Positions 39,533-52,800 of a DNA stretch of 64,000 nt are shown here, piece after piece. Origin of the DNA: Porphyridium purpureum (Eukaryota); NCBI GenBank assembly GCA_008690995.1, contig VRMN01000004.1, positions 682,001-746,000 on the forward strand, written 5' to 3'. The stretch's first letter is position 1. The number at the start of each line of letters is the position of its first letter. Both the position numbers and the translations under genes were made by a program. Below the pieces are notes generated by a model that did no database searches, was not told the DNA's origin, and saw only the letters and a program-made list of their open reading frames with translations.

Positions 39533-42157
39533 ATGGGCTCGTTGACCCGCTCGGAGGATATGGTGCTGCTGCGGCTGTACTTCCCCAAGACCGCCGCGCA
39601 CGCGACGATGGATGAGCTGGGCAAGTTGGGCGTGTTTCAGATTGAGGATCTGAACACCGAAACCTCGATGTTTCAACGCGCGTTTTCTGATGAAGTCAAG
39701 CTGTGTGACGAGATGCTTCGCAAATTACGCTTCTTGTGCAAGGAAATTGAGCTCGATCCGGCGCTCAAGCGCGTGCTGAGCAACGAAATGGAGCCGGCTT
39801 ATTCTGCACAGGCCGCCCATACGGGACCGCTCGAGTCAAAGGATCTCATAGCATTGGACCAGAAGCTCTCGCAGCATGAGCAGACCGTCCGAGAGATTCA
39901 GACAAACAAGCAGGTGCTTACGTTTCAGCAGGCGTCAATGAAGGAGCTCAAGGCCGTTCTTGAGGTTGCCTCCGGCATCATCAGCAATGCACCAGTGCTC
40001 GAGACGGTCTCTGCGTATGGAGCTTTGCGAACAGAAAGCAGCGGCACCGATGAAGGCGGTTTGTATGCATCCGAAGCGCCGCAGCGTCAAGTCACGGAGC
40101 GCCTGCTGCGCCCAGGCTCCATCCAGGGCCAAATCGGGCCAGGACCGGCGCCTGTGCTTCTTGACTACTACACCGGCGTCATTGAAACCGCCAAGGTACC
40201 TGCCTTCCAGCGAATCTTGTTTCGATCCACGCGCGGAAATTTTCATGGCCGCTTTGTCGAAATTGAAGAGCCTCTTACGGATCCAGAAACCGGGATTGCG
40301 AAGCAAAAGTCTGTGTTTGTGATCTTTTTGACAGGCGCACAGATCAAGGATAAGGTGTCACGCATATGCTCAGCATTCAATGCCACCAAGTATCCGGTGT
40401 CGAACGACCCAGAACTACAGAAGCAGGCGTATGCCGAGTGCAGCAGCCGTATTGACGACCTGCAGATTGTCCTGGATCAAACGGATCGCAACACGGATGA
40501 CCTGCTGCGTTTTCTGGCACGCAAAATGCCGGCATGGACCCAGGCTGTGCTCCGAGAGAAGGCTGTGCACCACAACTTAAACATGCTTAACCTTGACACG
40601 AGCCAAAAGCTTCTGATCGCGGAAGGCTGGTGCCCGGCTGCAGACGTGGAGAAAGTGAACGACGCGCTGGAAATAGGAAGGCAGCGATCTCGTGTGGATG
40701 TTTCGTCCGTGCTTGAGTACCGGGCGATGTCTGGTCACGTTCACCCGCCTACATACTTTAAGCTCAACAAGTTTACGCGCGTCTTCCAAGGCATTGTCGA
40801 GTCGTACGGTGTGGCATCGTACAAAGAGATGAATCCCGCGATTTTTGCGACAATCACGTTTCCGTTCCTTTTCGCGGTCATGTTTGGTGACATCGGCCAC
40901 GGATCCATCATGGCCCTCGTCGCGTACATGCTCGTTCGCATGGAGCCCAAAATGATGGGCAAAAAGTTGGACGAAATGACGGAGATGATTTTTGACGGCC
41001 GATACATTATTCTCTTGATGGGTATCTTTTCAATTTTCACGGGAGCCATTTACAATGAGTTTTTCGCCATCCCGCTCGACATTTTCGGATCTCGATGGAA
41101 GTACACGTCCTTGAGCACCATGGCGTGCGGTATAGACAACTGCGCTCACCCTGCGGCGGTTTTGCCGCCGCTGAAGCCGTATCCGTTCGGCTTCGACCCG
41201 ATCTGGAAGTCGTCGCAGACCGCGCTGCTGTTCTTCAATTCGTACAAGATGAAGCTGTCGATTGTGTTGGGCGTGTCGCAGATGGTGATGGGTATTACTT
41301 GCTCGTACTTGAACGCTGCGCACATGAAAGAACCGCTGGACATCTACTATGTCTTCATTCCGCAGATGATTTTTATGAATGCTACATTTGGGTACTTGGT
41401 GGTGCTCATTTTTCTCAAATGGAGCATCGACTGGAACGCTCCTGGCGCGGGCCCGGCACCGGATCTGAAGGGTATTCTTATCGGAATGTTCATGTCACCT
41501 GGCAATGTGCCACCAGAACTGCAGCTGTACCCAGGACAGGCCATCGTTCAGGTCGTGCTGCTGATTCTTGCGCTTGTTGCGGTTCCCTGGATGCTCTTGC
41601 CGAAGCCCTTGTTGCTGAAGAGACGTCATGAGCAGCACAGTGCGAAGAAGTACAAATTGGTTTCGGACAACGGATTCAGTGAAGAGTCGGCACTTCTTGG
41701 AGGAAAGAACGGCGCGTCTGGGTCTGCAGGCTCGGCGAAAGAGACATCGGCGCTCGCTGCGGCACCCGAGGAACATGAGGAAGAGTTTGATTTCAGTGAG
41801 ATTTTTGTTGGACAGATGATCCACACGATTGAGTTTGTGTTGGGCGCCGTGAGTAACACGGCGAGCTACCTGCGTCTATGGGCGTTGTCCCTGGCTCATG
41901 CTGAGCTGAGCGACGTGTTTTTGGAGAAGCTCTTGTTCATGACCATCGGCACTGGGAGCGTGGTCGCAATCATCATTGGGTTTTTCTTGTGGCTCGGGTC
42001 GACTATTGGGGTGCTGATGCTCATGGAGTCGCTCTCGGCGTTTTTGCACACGTTGCGTTTGCACTGGGTCGAGTTCCAGAACAAGTTTTATAACTTGCAC
42101 GATTCGGGTTCAAAGTTCTCGCCCTTTACGTACGAAACGCTGGAGTTTTCGACGTGA
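39533..42157 (+). CDS. VHA-a: V-type proton ATPase V0 subunit a
   Basis: RSEDM, PPTYFKLNKFT, FPFLFAVMFGDIGHG, IHTIEFVLGAVSNTASYLRLWALSLAHAELS, LRLHWVEFQNKFY. Confidence 0.97.
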   Translation: MGSLTRSEDMVLLRLYFPKTAAHATMDELGKLGVFQIEDLNTETSMFQRAFSDEVKLCDEMLRKLRFLCKEIELDPALKRVLSNEMEPAYSAQAAHTGPLESKDLIALDQKLSQHEQTVREIQTNKQVLTFQQASMKELKAVLEVASGIISNAPVLETVSAYGALRTESSGTDEGGLYASEAPQRQVTERLLRPGSIQGQIGPGPAPVLLDYYTGVIETAKVPAFQRILFRSTRGNFHGRFVEIEEPLTDPETGIAKQKSVFVIFLTGAQIKDKVSRICSAFNATKYPVSNDPELQKQAYAECSSRIDDLQIVLDQTDRNTDDLLRFLARKMPAWTQAVLREKAVHHNLNMLNLDTSQKLLIAEGWCPAADVEKVNDALEIGRQRSRVDVSSVLEYRAMSGHVHPPTYFKLNKFTRVFQGIVESYGVASYKEMNPAIFATITFPFLFAVMFGDIGHGSIMALVAYMLVRMEPKMMGKKLDEMTEMIFDGRYIILLMGIFSIFTGAIYNEFFAIPLDIFGSRWKYTSLSTMACGIDNCAHPAAVLPPLKPYPFGFDPIWKSSQTALLFFNSYKMKLSIVLGVSQMVMGITCSYLNAAHMKEPLDIYYVFIPQMIFMNATFGYLVVLIFLKWSIDWNAPGAGPAPDLKGILIGMFMSPGNVPPELQLYPGQAIVQVVLLILALVAVPWMLLPKPLLLKRRHEQHSAKKYKLVSDNGFSEESALLGGKNGASGSAGSAKETSALAAAPEEHEEEFDFSEIFVGQMIHTIEFVLGAVSNTASYLRLWALSLAHAELSDVFLEKLLFMTIGTGSVVAIIIGFFLWLGSTIGVLMLMESLSAFLHTLRLHWVEFQNKFYNLHDSGSKFSPFTYETLEFST

Positions 42158-42481
42158 GCATAGGAGAGCGGTAGAAGGCTTGAGCTGTGAGTCCCGAAAA
42201 GGAACCTTTTGGACGACCGTTGCGCTTGTGTGCTTCTCGTGTCAGACGCAGGGGGTTTTCTTTTCTTTTCCTCTTTCTTTATAAAATAAGAACAAACAAA
42301 AGAATCAAAGCAAACGTCCGTTTCTTAGATTCAGGCACGACCAGGACCAGGACCAGTACCATCCTTGCTCACGCAGTGGCTCATAAAACACGAACTGGCC
42401 GACCGATGACAACACGTCGATCAACTCGGGCGGGTATCCGTAACATCCTCGTCCTGTACCGCGACACCCACACTGCTGTCT

Positions 42482-42787
42482 TCAACGGCGCAACTCATTC
42501 GGATCTTCCACGGGAAACACAGGAAGCGACTTGGTGACGCGCTTGTGAAGCCGTTCCATCTCAGTGTACCCGCCGACGTTTATTCGGTCCGACACGATCA
42601 TGCTACGGCCTTTCGCCGTCGCGGTCGGGTAGCCCAAATTCGCCGCATAGTCCGGCTGCTTCAACAATTTAAACTCCAACCTCTTTCCATAGTCTACCTT
42701 CCTTTGGCCAGCGCGGTGCAGATACTCAGCGGCCTCCTTTTTGATCTCGGCCTCGGTCTGCACCAAACCGCGCAAATACCACGACAT
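42482..42787 (-). CDS. Small hypothetical protein (may have an upstream exon)
   Basis: 101-aa ATG ORF with protein-like composition; the frame is open about 24 codons upstream of the ATG. Confidence 0.45.
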   Translation of the reverse strand: MSWYLRGLVQTEAEIKKEAAEYLHRAGQRKVDYGKRLEFKLLKQPDYAANLGYPTATAKGRSMIVSDRINVGGYTEMERLHKRVTKSLPVFPVEDPNELRR

Positions 42788-43488
42788 CTTTGGAGCACTT
42801 TCTCGCTCGACGCAATCTGGCGCCTCCTTCCCTACAGCGGGACTGATGGGTATGTCTCTCTATCCGCGGCGCAAAGGCACGTCCGCAGACAAGCACGCTC
42901 TCCTACCGCAAGGAACGACGACCACCCAATGTCTCCCGCGTCTCCAGCGTCCTGCCTCCTTTGAGTTTCCGCTCCGCCAGCAGCTCTGCGACACCCGGCC
43001 TCACCTTTACGGTTTATTGGCTTCTCTAGCAAATGCGCCGGTAAGCCGATATGATCGACGTTCCAGTTGGAAGTGGCGAGGACGAGGAGTGCACGTGTTC
43101 CCGATGGGGAATGCGTGTCCAGGACGTGCGATGGCTTCGGCCACATTGTGCCATGGCGCTCCATGGTGCCCGAGCAATATCCGAAATTCAAATGGTTAGA
43201 AAGTTGTCATTTAGTTCAGAGCGCAAAACTGGAAAATGAGGGGGCAAAGAAAAACTATTCACGCAAGCGATGGGCCTCGAAGGATGATCGCGAGCAATCG
43301 GAACGCACAGCGCAGCTCGAGGCCAGAGCGCCAATTCACGTTTGTGCAAAGTGAGCGACGGAAGGTTCAAATCTCTCCCGTGTCGCGACCGCTCCGAGAC
43401 GTCCGAGGGACGCGCACGCATGCGAGGACGCCGAAACGAAATAGGCATCCACACAACATCGTGTTATCGAGCGGCTCTTCAACGAAGT

Positions 43489-43785
43489 TCAAGCTTGTTT
43501 TGAGGCATCCAAGTCGAACGCCTGCTTCATGCCAATGTACAAGCATCCGCTGCCGAGCAAAATCGGCGCCAGGACGCACAGGAAGATCTGCGGGTTACGC
43601 AACGCCACGGCGCTGGCGAGCGCCACGAGCCCGCTGACCCTGCCCGGCTTTGAGACTGTCGAGACCATGGCCAGAGAGTTGCGCTTCATCGACCTCTCCA
43701 TGCGCGTGCGGCAGACGGACGCCCCGACCACACGCACGCCGTGTGGCGCGACGTGCGGCTGCATCACGATCATTGACTGCGCCAT
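43489..43785 (-). CDS. Small hypothetical membrane protein
   Basis: ATG in AAGATGG context; C-terminal hydrophobic segment; TATAAAA on the minus strand near 43963-43969. Confidence 0.5.
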   Translation of the reverse strand: MAQSMIVMQPHVAPHGVRVVGASVCRTRMERSMKRNSLAMVSTVSKPGRVSGLVALASAVALRNPQIFLCVLAPILLGSGCLYIGMKQAFDLDASKQA

Positions 43786-44696
43786 CTTGGTTCTCCCTCT
43801 TGCCTCACACCGCAACACTACACTCCTTCTCCCTTATCACCCTTGTCGCTCTTCTCGCCGCGTCCCTTCTCGTCCCTTCTCATCCCTCTCTCTCTCTCTC
43901 TCGCTCTTCATATGTATTAAGCATCCGTCGAGTTTCCCTTGACCAACCGCTCACGTCGCCCCTTTTATATGACGGCGCGCCAGCCATGTCACGCCAGCCC
44001 ACACTCCCACATCAAAACACTGCTTACATTTCCCGCTCCTCTTTTCGCTTCGACGAAATCCACACACGCACACACGCCACTAATTCAGTCCATGCCGGCC
44101 CAAATCGTCCATCACCGCATCGCCGCGTCATCCAAATCGCATCGAAGGATTCATTTCCTTTCCACGATTCGACTGCTGCGGAACGAGGCCCCTCACCCCC
44201 GCCCCAAAAATAAACAGACACGCGGCCCGCAACTGCGCACACACGCACGCACAGCACATAGACACGCCGAGCCGAGGAAGGGCTTTTTCCTGATTCGGGT
44301 GGTTTCGAGTGCTTTCCAGCCGCAGTCGATGCGGAGAAGGCGGTTTGTTTTGTAGTGATGGTGGCCGTAAGGAGTGGGTTAGGTCGTGTGCGTGCGCCGT
44401 GGCCACAAAACGGGCTCATTTGAGTAGACGCGCCCACCCGTTGGCAGTTGGGCGCTCGCGCGTGCCTGCTTGCGTGCGTGCGTGCTTGGATAAGGGGTGT
44501 AAGCGCGCCATACACAGGAGACACGCCGTCACGCAGCCGTTGAACTGTACCGCGTAGCTGGACACCCGCGCCGGAACGCGCGCGCGTGCGTTGCGGTCGG
44601 TGGTCATGCGCGTGGCGCAGGTTGTTGTGCGTGCAAGGTGGCGGTGTCAATGTTACGCAGCATTCCTTTTAATCCGGGTTCGCTCGCATTCGAGGG

Positions 44697-46364
44697 CTAC
44701 GGCCTGCCAAAGCCCTTGCCTGTGGGCTTGCTGGCTTGCTTCTTCTTGCCCTCCTTCCGCCGCGCACTGCGGTTCGTGCCGCCGGCCATGCCGGGCATGC
44801 CACCCATGCCGGCGGGGGCTGCGGCACCAGGGCCGCCATCCATCATGGTCTTGCCCATGCGAGCCATCATGGTCCGCATCCGCTGGAAGTCGCTGATCAG
44901 CTGCGACGCATCCTTCGAAGAACGCCCAGAACCGGCCGCAATGCGCTGCAGCCGCGAGCGCGCCGTGCGGTCCTTAATCAGCAGGTCGGGGTTTCTTCGC
45001 TCGGAGCGCGTCATCGAGTTGATCAGCGAGCGCGCCAGCTTGAGCTGCCGCTCGGCCGCTGTGAGCTGCGCATCCGAAATGCCGGCCATACCCGGAATCA
45101 TCTTCATCATCCCACCGAGTGAGCCCATCTTGGTGATCATTTCGGTCTGCTTCACAAAGTCTTCAAAGTCGAACTTTGCCTCCACCATTTTCTGAGTCAA
45201 GCGGCGTGCCTCTGCTTCATCCATCTGCTCCTGCGCCTTCTCCACAAACGAGAGCACATCACCCATACCTAAAATGCGGCTCGCCATGCGTTCTGGATAG
45301 AAAGGCTCCAGCTTTTCGACCTTCTCGCCAACACCCACAAACTTGATGGGCCGCCCGGACACCTGCTTTACTGACAGCGCCGCACCACCACGGGTGTCGC
45401 CGTCTAACTTGGTCAGAATAGCACCCGTGATCCCGACCGCGTCGTTGAACGCCCGAGTCAAGTTGGCTGCCTCCTGGCCTGTCATGGCGTCCACGACCAG
45501 CAGAATCTCATCGGGCGTCACGCTATTCTTCACGCGCTTGAGCTCGGCCATCAGTTTTGTGTCAATCACCTGTCGGCCCGCGGTATCCACAATGACTGTG
45601 TCAAACTTGTTTTTCTTCGCATACGAAATGGCCTCACGCGCAATGCGTTCGGGCTCCACGTCCGTACCCATAGCGAAAACCTCCGTATCAATAGAGGCAC
45701 CGAGTGTCTTGAGCTGTTCAATGGCCGCAGGCCGATAGACATCGCAAGCGCAAAGCAGCACGCGCCGCGGCTTCGCTTCGCTCTTACAATAAAGCGCCAA
45801 TTTGGCCGCCGCGGTGGTCTTACCCGCACCTTGCAGACCCGCGAGCAGAATCACGGTAGGCGACTCAGCAGATGCATCCTTCCGCGCAAGAGGTGTGGCT
45901 TCCGAGCCCATGATGCGGGCCAACTCGTCGTAAATGATCTTGATAAATTGCTGGCCTGGCTTGACGCCTTCCAACACCTTCTCGCCGAGCGCGCGTGCCT
46001 TGACGTCCTTGATCAGGCTGTTCACGACTTTCAGATTCACGTCTGCATCTAGCAAGGCGCGCCGAACCTCCTTAACACTACTTTCCACGTTCTTTTCCGT
46101 CAACTTGTCCGAGCCTTGCAGCTTACGCATCGTTTCGCTCATCTGCCCCGCGAGTGAGTCAAACAACATGGTCATTCCGCCTGCATCGGCTACGCGTGAC
46201 CTCGCGGCACCACGTGCTCGCGGACACCTGGTCACGCGCAACGCATTCTGTCTGCGCCCATTTGACGGGCCGAGGCCGAGTCCCAAGAATCCATCTACGC
46301 ATCCGGCGCCGGACCGTGACACACTGCCCGCACCAACGCCGCACACAAATCCAGTCACGACCAT
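44697..46364 (-). CDS. cpSRP54: Chloroplast signal recognition particle 54 kDa subunit
   Basis: Transit peptide MVVTGF...; GLQGAGKTT, DVYRPAA, DTAGR, TKLDGDTRGG, RILGMGD, M domain INSMT..ER. Confidence 0.95.
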   Translation of the reverse strand: MVVTGFVCGVGAGSVSRSGAGCVDGFLGLGLGPSNGRRQNALRVTRCPRARGAARSRVADAGGMTMLFDSLAGQMSETMRKLQGSDKLTEKNVESSVKEVRRALLDADVNLKVVNSLIKDVKARALGEKVLEGVKPGQQFIKIIYDELARIMGSEATPLARKDASAESPTVILLAGLQGAGKTTAAAKLALYCKSEAKPRRVLLCACDVYRPAAIEQLKTLGASIDTEVFAMGTDVEPERIAREAISYAKKNKFDTVIVDTAGRQVIDTKLMAELKRVKNSVTPDEILLVVDAMTGQEAANLTRAFNDAVGITGAILTKLDGDTRGGAALSVKQVSGRPIKFVGVGEKVEKLEPFYPERMASRILGMGDVLSFVEKAQEQMDEAEARRLTQKMVEAKFDFEDFVKQTEMITKMGSLGGMMKMIPGMAGISDAQLTAAERQLKLARSLINSMTRSERRNPDLLIKDRTARSRLQRIAAGSGRSSKDASQLISDFQRMRTMMARMGKTMMDGGPGAAAPAGMGGMPGMAGGTNRSARRKEGKKKQASKPTGKGFGRP

Positions 46365-46800
46365 CCTACCCCGTCTGCGTCTCGTTTTCTTTTTTGTGTC
46401 GCACCTCACGCCGTTCGAGGCCTAGCCCAGCTCGCGCACGCCTCAGCCTTCCGCCTTCAGCGTCGTTACGGCACGTCGACTTGCCTCCTTATCCTCCGCC
46501 GCTGCACATGTCGCAATCTCGCGCGTGGAGAATGAACGCGAAATGTAATGTGGCATTGTAAACCAATGCGTCATTAATACGCAATGCGTCATTACAGTGC
46601 AATAAGCATGACGAAGCCAGCAGAGCGTGCAGGAGAGAAGAGGAGAGAGAGCGAGGGAGCAATGAGTTGATGCAAAGCGCAAATGCGCGCATAGCGAGGG
46701 AATACAGAGTCGAAAAGGGCATGCTCAAGGTAGCTCTCGGCCACATTGCATAGTCTCCCTGCTCCTACGTGGCGGAGGCCAATTATCTCGAGTTGACGAG

Positions 46801-49800
46801 ATGGCAGGCGATTCTCGGTCGCGCGCGCTCAGTACGGGCTCCGACGATCAGTCCTTTTTTTCGATGCGCTCGTCCATGGGGAGCAGGCGCAGGAGTATAG
46901 GCACGCCCAGGGCGCAGCAGCAGGACTCGCAGCATTCCACAGCGCCGGTTCATCAGCCCGTGGTACATACTTCTCAGACAGGGCTCGGACCTCCTTCGGA
47001 AATGCAATCGGACGCGCATTCACCGCTGTTTCGCGTACACTCGCCAAGAAGGGAATGGAAAATGATGAGGAGTCTCCAATCCAGTCAGAAGCGAAGCATG
47101 CCGCACGCAGATGAATCGATGAACCACCGCGAGCAGGGAGCGCGACAGCAGTCCGTCCCGCAGGCGCAAGGCTCGCCTCGAAAGGGGGGGTCTAAAGGCT
47201 TTACGAACCTGATCCCCAAGTCATCTTTTGGATGGACTTCCAGAGAAAAGCAATCACACCAGCACCAGACAACATCGCCAGGTGTTGGTGCAGCAGAGGC
47301 CTCATTTGCATCGCGCGGCGGTCTGCTGGACCGAAGCGGCCGCGGTAATGTTCACGCAGCTAGCGTTGCGCCACTGGAAGCAGCACTCGACTCATCTGAC
47401 TCAGAAAACGAAATTCTACCGTTCGGGCCGGCGCGTTCACTGTCACCACCTGGCGCGGGACTTGCGAGAATGCGGTCGACCGAAACGACATCTGACGAAG
47501 ACAACGATGACGACGAATTTCTAGATTCATACCGGGATGCGCAGAACGAAACCCAAGTCATCGGTGTGCTTGCGGATCCAGATGCGGTCAAAGAGGAGTG
47601 GGGCGATGACTTTGTGCTCGAGTCCGATACTCTGCTGGACGGAAACGCCCTCTCGGTTACACACGCTCCCAGCAGCACGACTGGTCACGCCGGCTCAGCT
47701 TCGTTACCATTGGCCAGGCAAAGTGGTAAGAGACATGATGTGACGTCATTGAGCGCCACAACGAGCACAAGTAGCTTGGAAGCGTTGATCCATCCCGTCT
47801 CGAAGTCATTAGCGTCTTCGGATCCGCATTCCACAGACTCTCTGCAGGATGTCGCGCGCAAGATCCTGGAATGCTTGAAATCATCCAAGCCAAGTGAATC
47901 TCTGCCATCACCGCGGTCGTCACAGTTGGATAAGATTTCCTTGGCTCCCACAGACCAAGACGAATCGCGGCTGTCAAGTTTGCCATTTTCGCATCCAGTC
48001 CAGGAGGCGGCTCCGGAGGAAGCGTACTCAGTACGTGAATCATCCTCCGTGTCACCAGAGGACGCTGCGACTAGGAATTTTGGTCTTGTGCGGGCGTTTA
48101 GTGACATTGGCGACGAAGTGAAACGATTCGTGAGCATGACGCTGACACGCGGAAGTACGGCCTTGACGGGCGCGCATTTAGGCAATGACAGTAGTGCCCG
48201 CATTGCGCACGGTGCTCTAGATACTGCGCTTATTGGACCAGAGCCCTACGGTGACGCACGCGTGTTTGAATCCTTGGATATTGCAGCGGCTGGTATTGGG
48301 CTTGATATGTTTGGCGACATGGCTGTTGAGTCACTGTGCTCCTTCGTTTCAAAGCACAGAATCCGCTTGGTGTCTCCATCCGAGTTTTGCAGCCCTGCCG
48401 TATACGGCCACGCATGCAGTGTGCACAAGCCATTCCTTTTGGAAGCACTTGCAAATCACGCCACCACTGCTGGCGAAAGCACACGTTCCGAGCAAGATTG
48501 GAACGCGGAGCGCACCTTTTCGAACCTCATCGAGAACGAGTGCGTTGAGCGCACGCACTTTCTGTGCGAGCTGGAGCATGACGATTCAATTCAGTGTTCG
48601 TCACTTGATAATATGCTCACAATTTTCTCTTGGGAAATCTGCGCTGCCAGGAATCTGGTGCTCCGGGACAAGTGCCCGCGTGCCGCCAGAAGTACGGAGA
48701 CTGGTATGAGTGCCGCGGTTTCCGCATTCGGACATGGCCGCGGGCTTGCGGCGGCGCATTTACTGTCAGAAAGTCTGACCTTAAAGCAAAGCGGGCTGGT
48801 GGACAAGGCGCGAGTTGTTATGGTGCGCGCTTTGCTCGAAATTGCGCCATCCGTTCCTTGCCTAGGAGTGACGGACGTCAGCACTAAGGGTGAGAGTAAG
48901 GCACAATGCGTGTTCCAACCCATTGAACGTGAATTAATGAGCAGAATCGACTACAAGGACGTGCTCACCGCGGTTATGCTTCTGTGGGAGTTTGGGCTTT
49001 TGGAGCGGGAAAGCAGTACGGATCGTGTTTCACAGGCAGTATTATACTGGCGCGTTGGCCTTGCGCTGTGCTCAGAATGTTGGCCACAATCATCATTGGA
49101 GCGCTCACGAGACGCTCGCAGTACCATATGCCAGCTCGACGTAGAAGCACACAAAATTTGGAGCGTCGCTCTTTCTCGCGAGTCCGAATTTCAGACAAGG
49201 AAGGATGACACCTTTGTGTGGCCCAAGTTTTGGAGCCTTAATTTTAGTCTTGCGCTGATAAGCACGGTCATGGACGCGGGTCAGGGTGAAGGCGCAGGTT
49301 TGGGTTCGAGCTTGGGCATGAGTCCAATTCCAAGTCCAAGTCCAAGTCGAGATGCGGCCAGTGTCCCGTTGCAGTTCGAAACTGCGTTTAAGCTCGGTGT
49401 AAGTGCTCTGCATTTAATATTTGGAAATCTCATGATCGGCATGACCGAATACGGGTCGGACGCGGCGGTGAGTGTCTCCCATGTAGCGCCGTATCCAATC
49501 TCGAAAACGATTGCGCTGCTGTCGAAGATGACCGAAGCGGCACTTCAAGTCGGGGCGTTGCACTTTGGGACGCGATGCTCCCGTTGGCTTTTTGAGCTGG
49601 GCACGGCTCTTTTAAATGCCCCACTGCAAATTGCTGCCGCGAAGACTATGGATATGTTTGCCGCTGTCATGGTGTTGCAGCGTGGTTTGCCGTCCGAGGA
49701 GAGTTGTTCTCATTCGCCGGTCATGCTTGTCGAGCGCTTACGCGCCGCCCGGATCCGAATGTCGCGTGGCCGCGACATGAATGACGCTGGAAATGATGAG

Positions 49801-52800
49801 GATGACGAGGACGAGGATTGGGATGCTGAAATTGAAGGTGAGCTCAACGTGCGAATTTCACGCTATGTCGATGACTTGAATCTTGACTTTTCCTTCGCCG
49901 CGGAAAACACGACTGGCGGATCTCATGAGCTCCTTTCCAAGACAATGGGTACCCGTGCCATGACAGGGACCGATGCCCTGGTTCAGAATGTAGGAGTTTT
50001 GAAGTTGAGGCCTTTGGAGTTCGAGTCACGCGCCGCAATTCGACGCCGTTTGCAGAATAAGAAGAGCAGAAGTTTGGGAGGGGGAGTGATTCAGGGAACC
50101 CAGACAGGAGGAGATGTCAAGCAGACACTGGTGAGTGGATTTATGATTCGGGACACTTTCTCAGCGAGCGCGTTTTCCCACATGCTCAATACGTTCGTGT
50201 TGAGTCGCGGTGATCGCCACACTGCGGGGATCAGTGATCGGTCGGCGATGCGTCACAGTCGAGCTGAAGTTCATGCTGAACGGATTATGCACGGTGGTGC
50301 GGGCCTTTCGTCTAGTTCAGGAGCACATGATGAGGCACGTGCCGTGCCAGAAGAGTCGGTGGTGGATGACTCGCCCAAGTTGCGGAACCAGATTCAGAGC
50401 GTGCGTCCAAAAGATATTCTGAGCGAATTTCTGGAGAAATCGAAAAGCGTCTCTCGCCCTTCATTGGAGTGGAGTGCTCTGCTGCTCGATACGATCCATC
50501 GCATTGTGTACGTACCCAAGGTGTCCGACCTTGAGCTCTCACAGATGGAGACTATCATGCTCTCATTTTTTGAGACCACCAAGCGATACGCACGCACAGT
50601 GCCTATTCTTGACGAAAACAGTCTGCGAAACCGCCAGCTTTTGCTTGCAATGAGTACCCTCATCCTGTGGGTGGCGCGCGGCTTTGCACTGCGCGACGCG
50701 CGGCAGTACCCAGCGTTTCGTCACATGACAGACCTGCATGCACAGTGCTGCTCCTCTTACGTCTATGCACGGTGGCTCGAGTCGGTGCTCATAAGCACGA
50801 CACCAAGCAAATCATCGCATAGGATCAGCCTGGACACAACTGGGCCCCGTGATTTCCGCGTTTGTCTCGAGCCAGAATGCAGTGTCCGGGACAGAAGTGA
50901 CAGCAGAGTAGGCTTCAAGAGTCCGGCCCGTCGTCGGGCAGAACGCATCTCGATCTGCTGGGAAGATACTTTCCAGTTGGTTCATGTCTTGAATTTACTG
51001 GAGTGCGAATTTTCTGTTGGTCAGTCGGCATGCAAGCCGATTAAGTGGGACTTTTACTTCGTCGACCGTATCGTGTCGAGTCTGACGAGCCTTTCCGTCA
51101 TTCCACGCACTGCCACAGGCGATTTGGTGTCCCCGCGGGCAGCACCGAGTTCTTTTGCGGCAAGAGCGATCCACGCGGAGAACGAAAAGAGAAACAGCAT
51201 TCGCGAGTCGCTTTTGCAGATTTCCCATGCAGAGCAGAGTACGTTTGTGCGCCTGATTCATGCGTGCGCGTACGCGCGCATAAATTTGGAGCGTTTTATC
51301 GCTGAGTGCAAAGGTGAGGTAGATGATTTCAGCGGCGGTCCTCAGCTCGCACAGCATGCAGATACGTTCGCTGAATACATGAAACGAATGCACGATGAAG
51401 AGCAGAGACGTTGCGGCATGCGGTTATCACAAGAAACTAGCATGTTTGAAGACTTCTGGGCCGGATTACGCCGGCCTGTCGCTGGGCTGGATCAGACAGT
51501 TACGGAGACGCCCGTGTGGAATGCGCTGAGCGGACTACCTGTAATTCATCAGCCGCTTGGAGTATACACACTTATATTGACTACGCTCTACTTAGCTAGC
51601 GTCAATGTGGACCCTTCTTGGCTCAAAACCATGGACCTGGAAAAGGCTGAGATTGACTTCATCGATGGAAAGAAGAAGGAGCTTTTCGGACGCGTCAAGG
51701 ACCACCTCGAAACCAATCTTCAGTCCAGGCATTGGCCAGACCGAAACCGCTCGACCAATCCCAGTGCGGTGACCGGAAGCACGTTTGCTGGCTCGCCTGA
51801 TGATTCTTCCACGATTTCACGCAAGCCATCAAGGTCTCGATGGGACCGAACTTCGTCCTTTGGTCGCAGCTTTGACGCTGGGAATGAGAATGGGAACAAA
51901 AACGCGAACGAAGATGATATGTCTGGTCCCGCTTTATCGGGCTCGTTGGGATCTGCCCCGTCTGCTTCTTTCTCTTCGAGCAATGAGGATGCTCTGGCGT
52001 CTTTTCTGCCAAACCTTTTTAGTCGAAAGAAGAGCAAAAGGAGCAAGAAGCTTGACGATGCCGATCCTCAAAGAGACTTGAGCGGCCCAGCTGCAGTCGC
52101 TGACGGAGTCGCGCAGGCGGGCATGCACATGATATCTCCGCCACGCGCTGGGTCTACTGGGGATCGTGCTTTTCGAGCGGAGTATGACGAAGTGCGCCGC
52201 ACGCTAGGCTGGTTCGAGACAGTGTTGGATGAGGTGGCCGAGCGCGATATGTTCGTCATCAAGCAGGTGATTTCGGAGATTGACTTTAGCGCAATCATTT
52301 TCCAGCTCGGCAAGCTATATCCGTATATTTCGGGAGGTCACCTACCACACGCACGCGTCGCAATTGCGCTGGCACATTACGAACTTAATGTGCTGAAGCG
52401 CTACGCCATGGCGGAAAAGATGCTTTTTGATGCTGTGCTGATTCAGATGTGGCTGAATGGCGCGTTTTCCGAGGCGAATTATTTTTCCAAATCACCATAC
52501 GTTGACAATCCTCTTCTGAAGAAGAGCATTATGACAGCCAATCACACACTGGAAGGCACGCCTACCATCCTGCGCCTCTTTGGCGAAGTTGCGCTGGAGA
52601 ACGGCAAATACGAGCACGCCATGGCTGCGCTCTCCGCTTCGCTCTCACGGTACGAGGCACTCACAAACAGAAATGACGAGTATCTTGAGCAGCTTTTGCA
52701 CCTTGTTTGGATCGCGAATTCCAAGTCAGACTGGCGCCGGGCACTGCTTATGCTATCCACTATTGCAAAGCATGCGAAGCCGAAAGAAGGTAAGCGAAAC

